From an uncultured Acidobacteriota bacterium (GTDB lineage Bacteria; Acidobacteriota; Vicinamibacteria; Vicinamibacterales; 2-12-FULL-66-21), in assembly GCA_963725145.1 (NCBI GenBank), contig CAVRXL010000010.1, positions 410,693 through 474,692 of the forward strand: a stretch of 64,000 nucleotides of DNA. The letters are read 5' to 3'. How positions within the stretch are numbered: the first letter of the stretch is position 1; each line of letters opens with the position of its first letter. Made by a program: the position numbers and the translations under genes. The notes beneath the pieces were generated by a model that saw only the letters and a program-made list of their open reading frames with translations, had not been told where the DNA came from and did no database searches. Positions 62,220-64,000 of this stretch are shown here, piece after piece.

Positions 62220-63443
62220 GTGCGCATTCGCATCGCCTTGTGTGTCCTACTTTGCGCGGTCGCCTCCGCGGCTTCAGGCGAGGACTGGCCCGCGTTCCGC
62301 GGGCCGACCGGCCAGGGGCACTCCGCCGAGCAGGGCCTGCCGCTCGAGTGGAGCGAGTCCCGAAACGTCGTATGGAAAACCCCGGTCCCGGGCGCGGGAT
62401 GGTCGTCTCCGGTGGTCGGCGGCGGCCGCGTGTGGGTGACGACGGCGGATGGCGAGCGAGGCCGATCGCTGCGCGCGCTGGCGTTCGACGTCGAGACCGG
62501 GCGCGAGCTGCTCAACGTCGAAGTCTTCCGGACCAGGAACGACAATCCGATCAACCCCAAGAACAACCGCGCGTCGCCGACGCCAATCGTCGACGGTGAC
62601 CGGATCTACGTGCACTTCGGCGCCGAGGGCACGGCGGCGCTGACGACCAGCGGCGAGATCGTCTGGAAGGCGCGCTTTTCCTACGAGTCTCAGCACGGCG
62701 CCGGCGGGTCGCCCGTGCTCCACGGCGATCTTCTCATTTTCAGTTGCGACGGCAGCGACGCGGCGTTCGTCGTGGCGCTCGACAAGCGGACCGGCAAGGT
62801 TCGCTGGAAGCGGGACCGGAGTCAACCCGCGGACCAGGCGTACTCGACGCCGCTCGTGATTCGCGTCGGGGAGCGTGACGAGGTCGTAAGCGTCGGCGCG
62901 TATCGCGCGACCGCGTACGAGCCGGAGTCGGGCAAGGAGATCTGGCGGGTCGGCTACGACAATGGCTTCTCGAACGTGCCGCGGCCGATTTACGGCCACG
63001 GGCTCGTCTACATCGCGACAGGCTTCAACCAGCCGTCTTTGATCGCGGTCCGCCCGGACGGGTCCGGCGACGTGACCCGAACGCACGTCGCCTGGAAATT
63101 GCAGCGAGCGGCGCCGCTGACGCCCTCTCCCCTTCTCGTGGGTGACGAGCTCTACGTCGTGAACGACGCCGGCATTGCCTCCTGCCTGGACGCCAGGACC
63201 GGACACATCTACTGGCAGCAGCGTCTCGGAGGCGCGTACTCGGCCTCTCCAGTCTTCGCGGACGGACGGATCTATTTCCTGGCCGAGGAGGGGGTCGCGA
63301 CCGTCGTCGCACCTGGCCGGGAGTTCCGCAAGCTGGCAACCAGCACGCTCGATGGCGCGACGCTCGCGTCGATGGCCGTGTCGGCCAGGTCATTGTTCAT
63401 TCGAACGGACACACATCTCTACCGGCTCGCGACCCGACAATAG
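62220..63443 (+). CDS. PQQ-like / BamB-like beta-propeller repeat exported protein
   Basis: The GTG at 62220 lies inside ORF 62103..63443, 1 nt after the pfk stop. The signal peptide is (M)RIRIALCVLLCAVASAASG, followed by EDWPAFRGPTGQGHS. Repeated W-containing blades include VVWKTPV, GRVWVTT, GEIVWKA, GKVRWKR, KEIWRV, HVAWKL and GHIYWQQ. Confidence 0.8.
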   Translation: MRIRIALCVLLCAVASAASGEDWPAFRGPTGQGHSAEQGLPLEWSESRNVVWKTPVPGAGWSSPVVGGGRVWVTTADGERGRSLRALAFDVETGRELLNVEVFRTRNDNPINPKNNRASPTPIVDGDRIYVHFGAEGTAALTTSGEIVWKARFSYESQHGAGGSPVLHGDLLIFSCDGSDAAFVVALDKRTGKVRWKRDRSQPADQAYSTPLVIRVGERDEVVSVGAYRATAYEPESGKEIWRVGYDNGFSNVPRPIYGHGLVYIATGFNQPSLIAVRPDGSGDVTRTHVAWKLQRAAPLTPSPLLVGDELYVVNDAGIASCLDARTGHIYWQQRLGGAYSASPVFADGRIYFLAEEGVATVVAPGREFRKLATSTLDGATLASMAVSARSLFIRTDTHLYRLATRQ

Positions 63444-63465
63444 GGCTTCCAATGAAGGAGTGGGA

Positions 63466-64000
63466 ATGATCCGCGTGTGCGCCGCGTCGCTGCTTCTGTT
63501 CGTCGTCGCCGTCAGCCCCGTCGCCGAGGGGCAGGCGCCCGCGCAGCCTTTGCGCGTGATCGCCTTCGGCGCGCATCCAGACGACGCCGAGTTGAAAGCG
63601 GGCGGAGTCGCGGCGCTCTGGGCCGGCCGGGGACACAAGGTCAAGTTCGTCGCGATGACCAACGGCGACGTCGGGCATTTCGAGACGGCCGGCGGCCCGC
63701 TCGCGCGGCGGCGCAAGGCCGAAGTGGCGGAATGCGCGCGGCTGCTCGGCATCGAGACCGAGGTGCTCGACATCCACGACGGCGAGCTGACGCCGTCGCT
63801 CGAGAACCGCAAGACCGTCGCGCGGCTGATTCGCGGATGGCAGGCGGACGTGGTCATGAGTCACCGCCCGTACGACTACCATCCCGACCACCGCTACACG
63901 GGCGTCCTCACCGATGACGCCGCGGTCGTCGTCGTGGCGCCGTTCTTCGTGCCCGACACCCCGCCGACGCCCCGCAACCCCGTGTTCCTCCACTACTCGG
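63466..64000 (+). CDS. PIG-L/LmbE-family deacetylase; the 3' end lies beyond the right window edge
   Basis: Absent from the ORF track because there is no stop in the window. The ATG at 63466 follows AAGGAG (63455-63460). My translation is MIRVCAASLLLFVVAVSPVAEGQAPAQPLRVIAFGAHPDDAELKAGGVAALWAGRGHKVKFVAMTNGDVGHFE..VLDIHDGEL..SHRPYDYHPDHR. The AHPDD and HPDH blocks are characteristic of this family. Confidence 0.8.
   Translation, partial: MIRVCAASLLLFVVAVSPVAEGQAPAQPLRVIAFGAHPDDAELKAGGVAALWAGRGHKVKFVAMTNGDVGHFETAGGPLARRRKAEVAECARLLGIETEVLDIHDGELTPSLENRKTVARLIRGWQADVVMSHRPYDYHPDHRYTGVLTDDAAVVVVAPFFVPDTPPTPRNPVFLHYS

Overview
GC-rich, densely coding chromosomal segment with about 45 protein genes. 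I saw no rRNA, tRNA, CRISPR array, transposase or integrase. The gene content suggests Acidobacteriota (inference only): two ADOP-type duplicated orphan MacB-like permeases, a CarboxypepD_reg-type TonB receptor, Tat/Sec-exported Gfo/Idh/MocA oxidoreductases and many PD40/TolB and PQQ-like propellers.

Layout:
- 1-16.5 kb, minus strand, read from 16.5 kb down to 1: beta-barrel OMP, Kelch-tyrosinase fusion, DoxX, cusB, cusA, intradiol dioxygenase, CMD-family protein, a relic of a cusA 3' end, a TonB-dependent receptor, and a propeller-type histidine kinase that is cut by the window edge and absent from the ORF track.
- 16.9-21 kb: a second OMP and a paralogous propeller histidine kinase, followed by a second cusA fragment.
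- 21.5-25.1 kb: a small stand-alone ORF, then an Omp85-family barrel translationally coupled to an exported protein carrying a full protein-kinase-like motif set. This is my top candidate for an undescribed system.
- 25-38.5 kb: DoxX-like protein, MEDS hybrid kinase, two ADOP permeases, a Gfo/Idh/MocA oxidoreductase, an SLT/LysM transglycosylase and a heparinase II/III-like protein.
- 39-44 kb: five-gene sugar-type operon (MFS, HPS/KGPDC, Zn-ADH, SDR, TIM-barrel isomerase). A perfect 23-bp hairpin buries one gene junction.
- 44-50 kb: acyl-CoA ligase, Gfo/Idh/MocA oxidoreductase, M19 dipeptidase, GntP permease.
- 50-64 kb: TatT-associated TRAP transporter, DUF885, TolB-like protein, Ser/Thr kinase with a PD40 propeller, a coupled hypothetical protein, PPi-type phosphofructokinase, PQQ-like propeller, and a partial PIG-L deacetylase.

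Several intergenic regions hold arrays of 6-9-bp motifs laid out as direct copies followed by inverted copies. At least ten single-base frameshifts interrupt otherwise intact genes, most at or next to short G/C, A or T runs. This looks like indel error, so all split genes are reported as single genes with a caveat.
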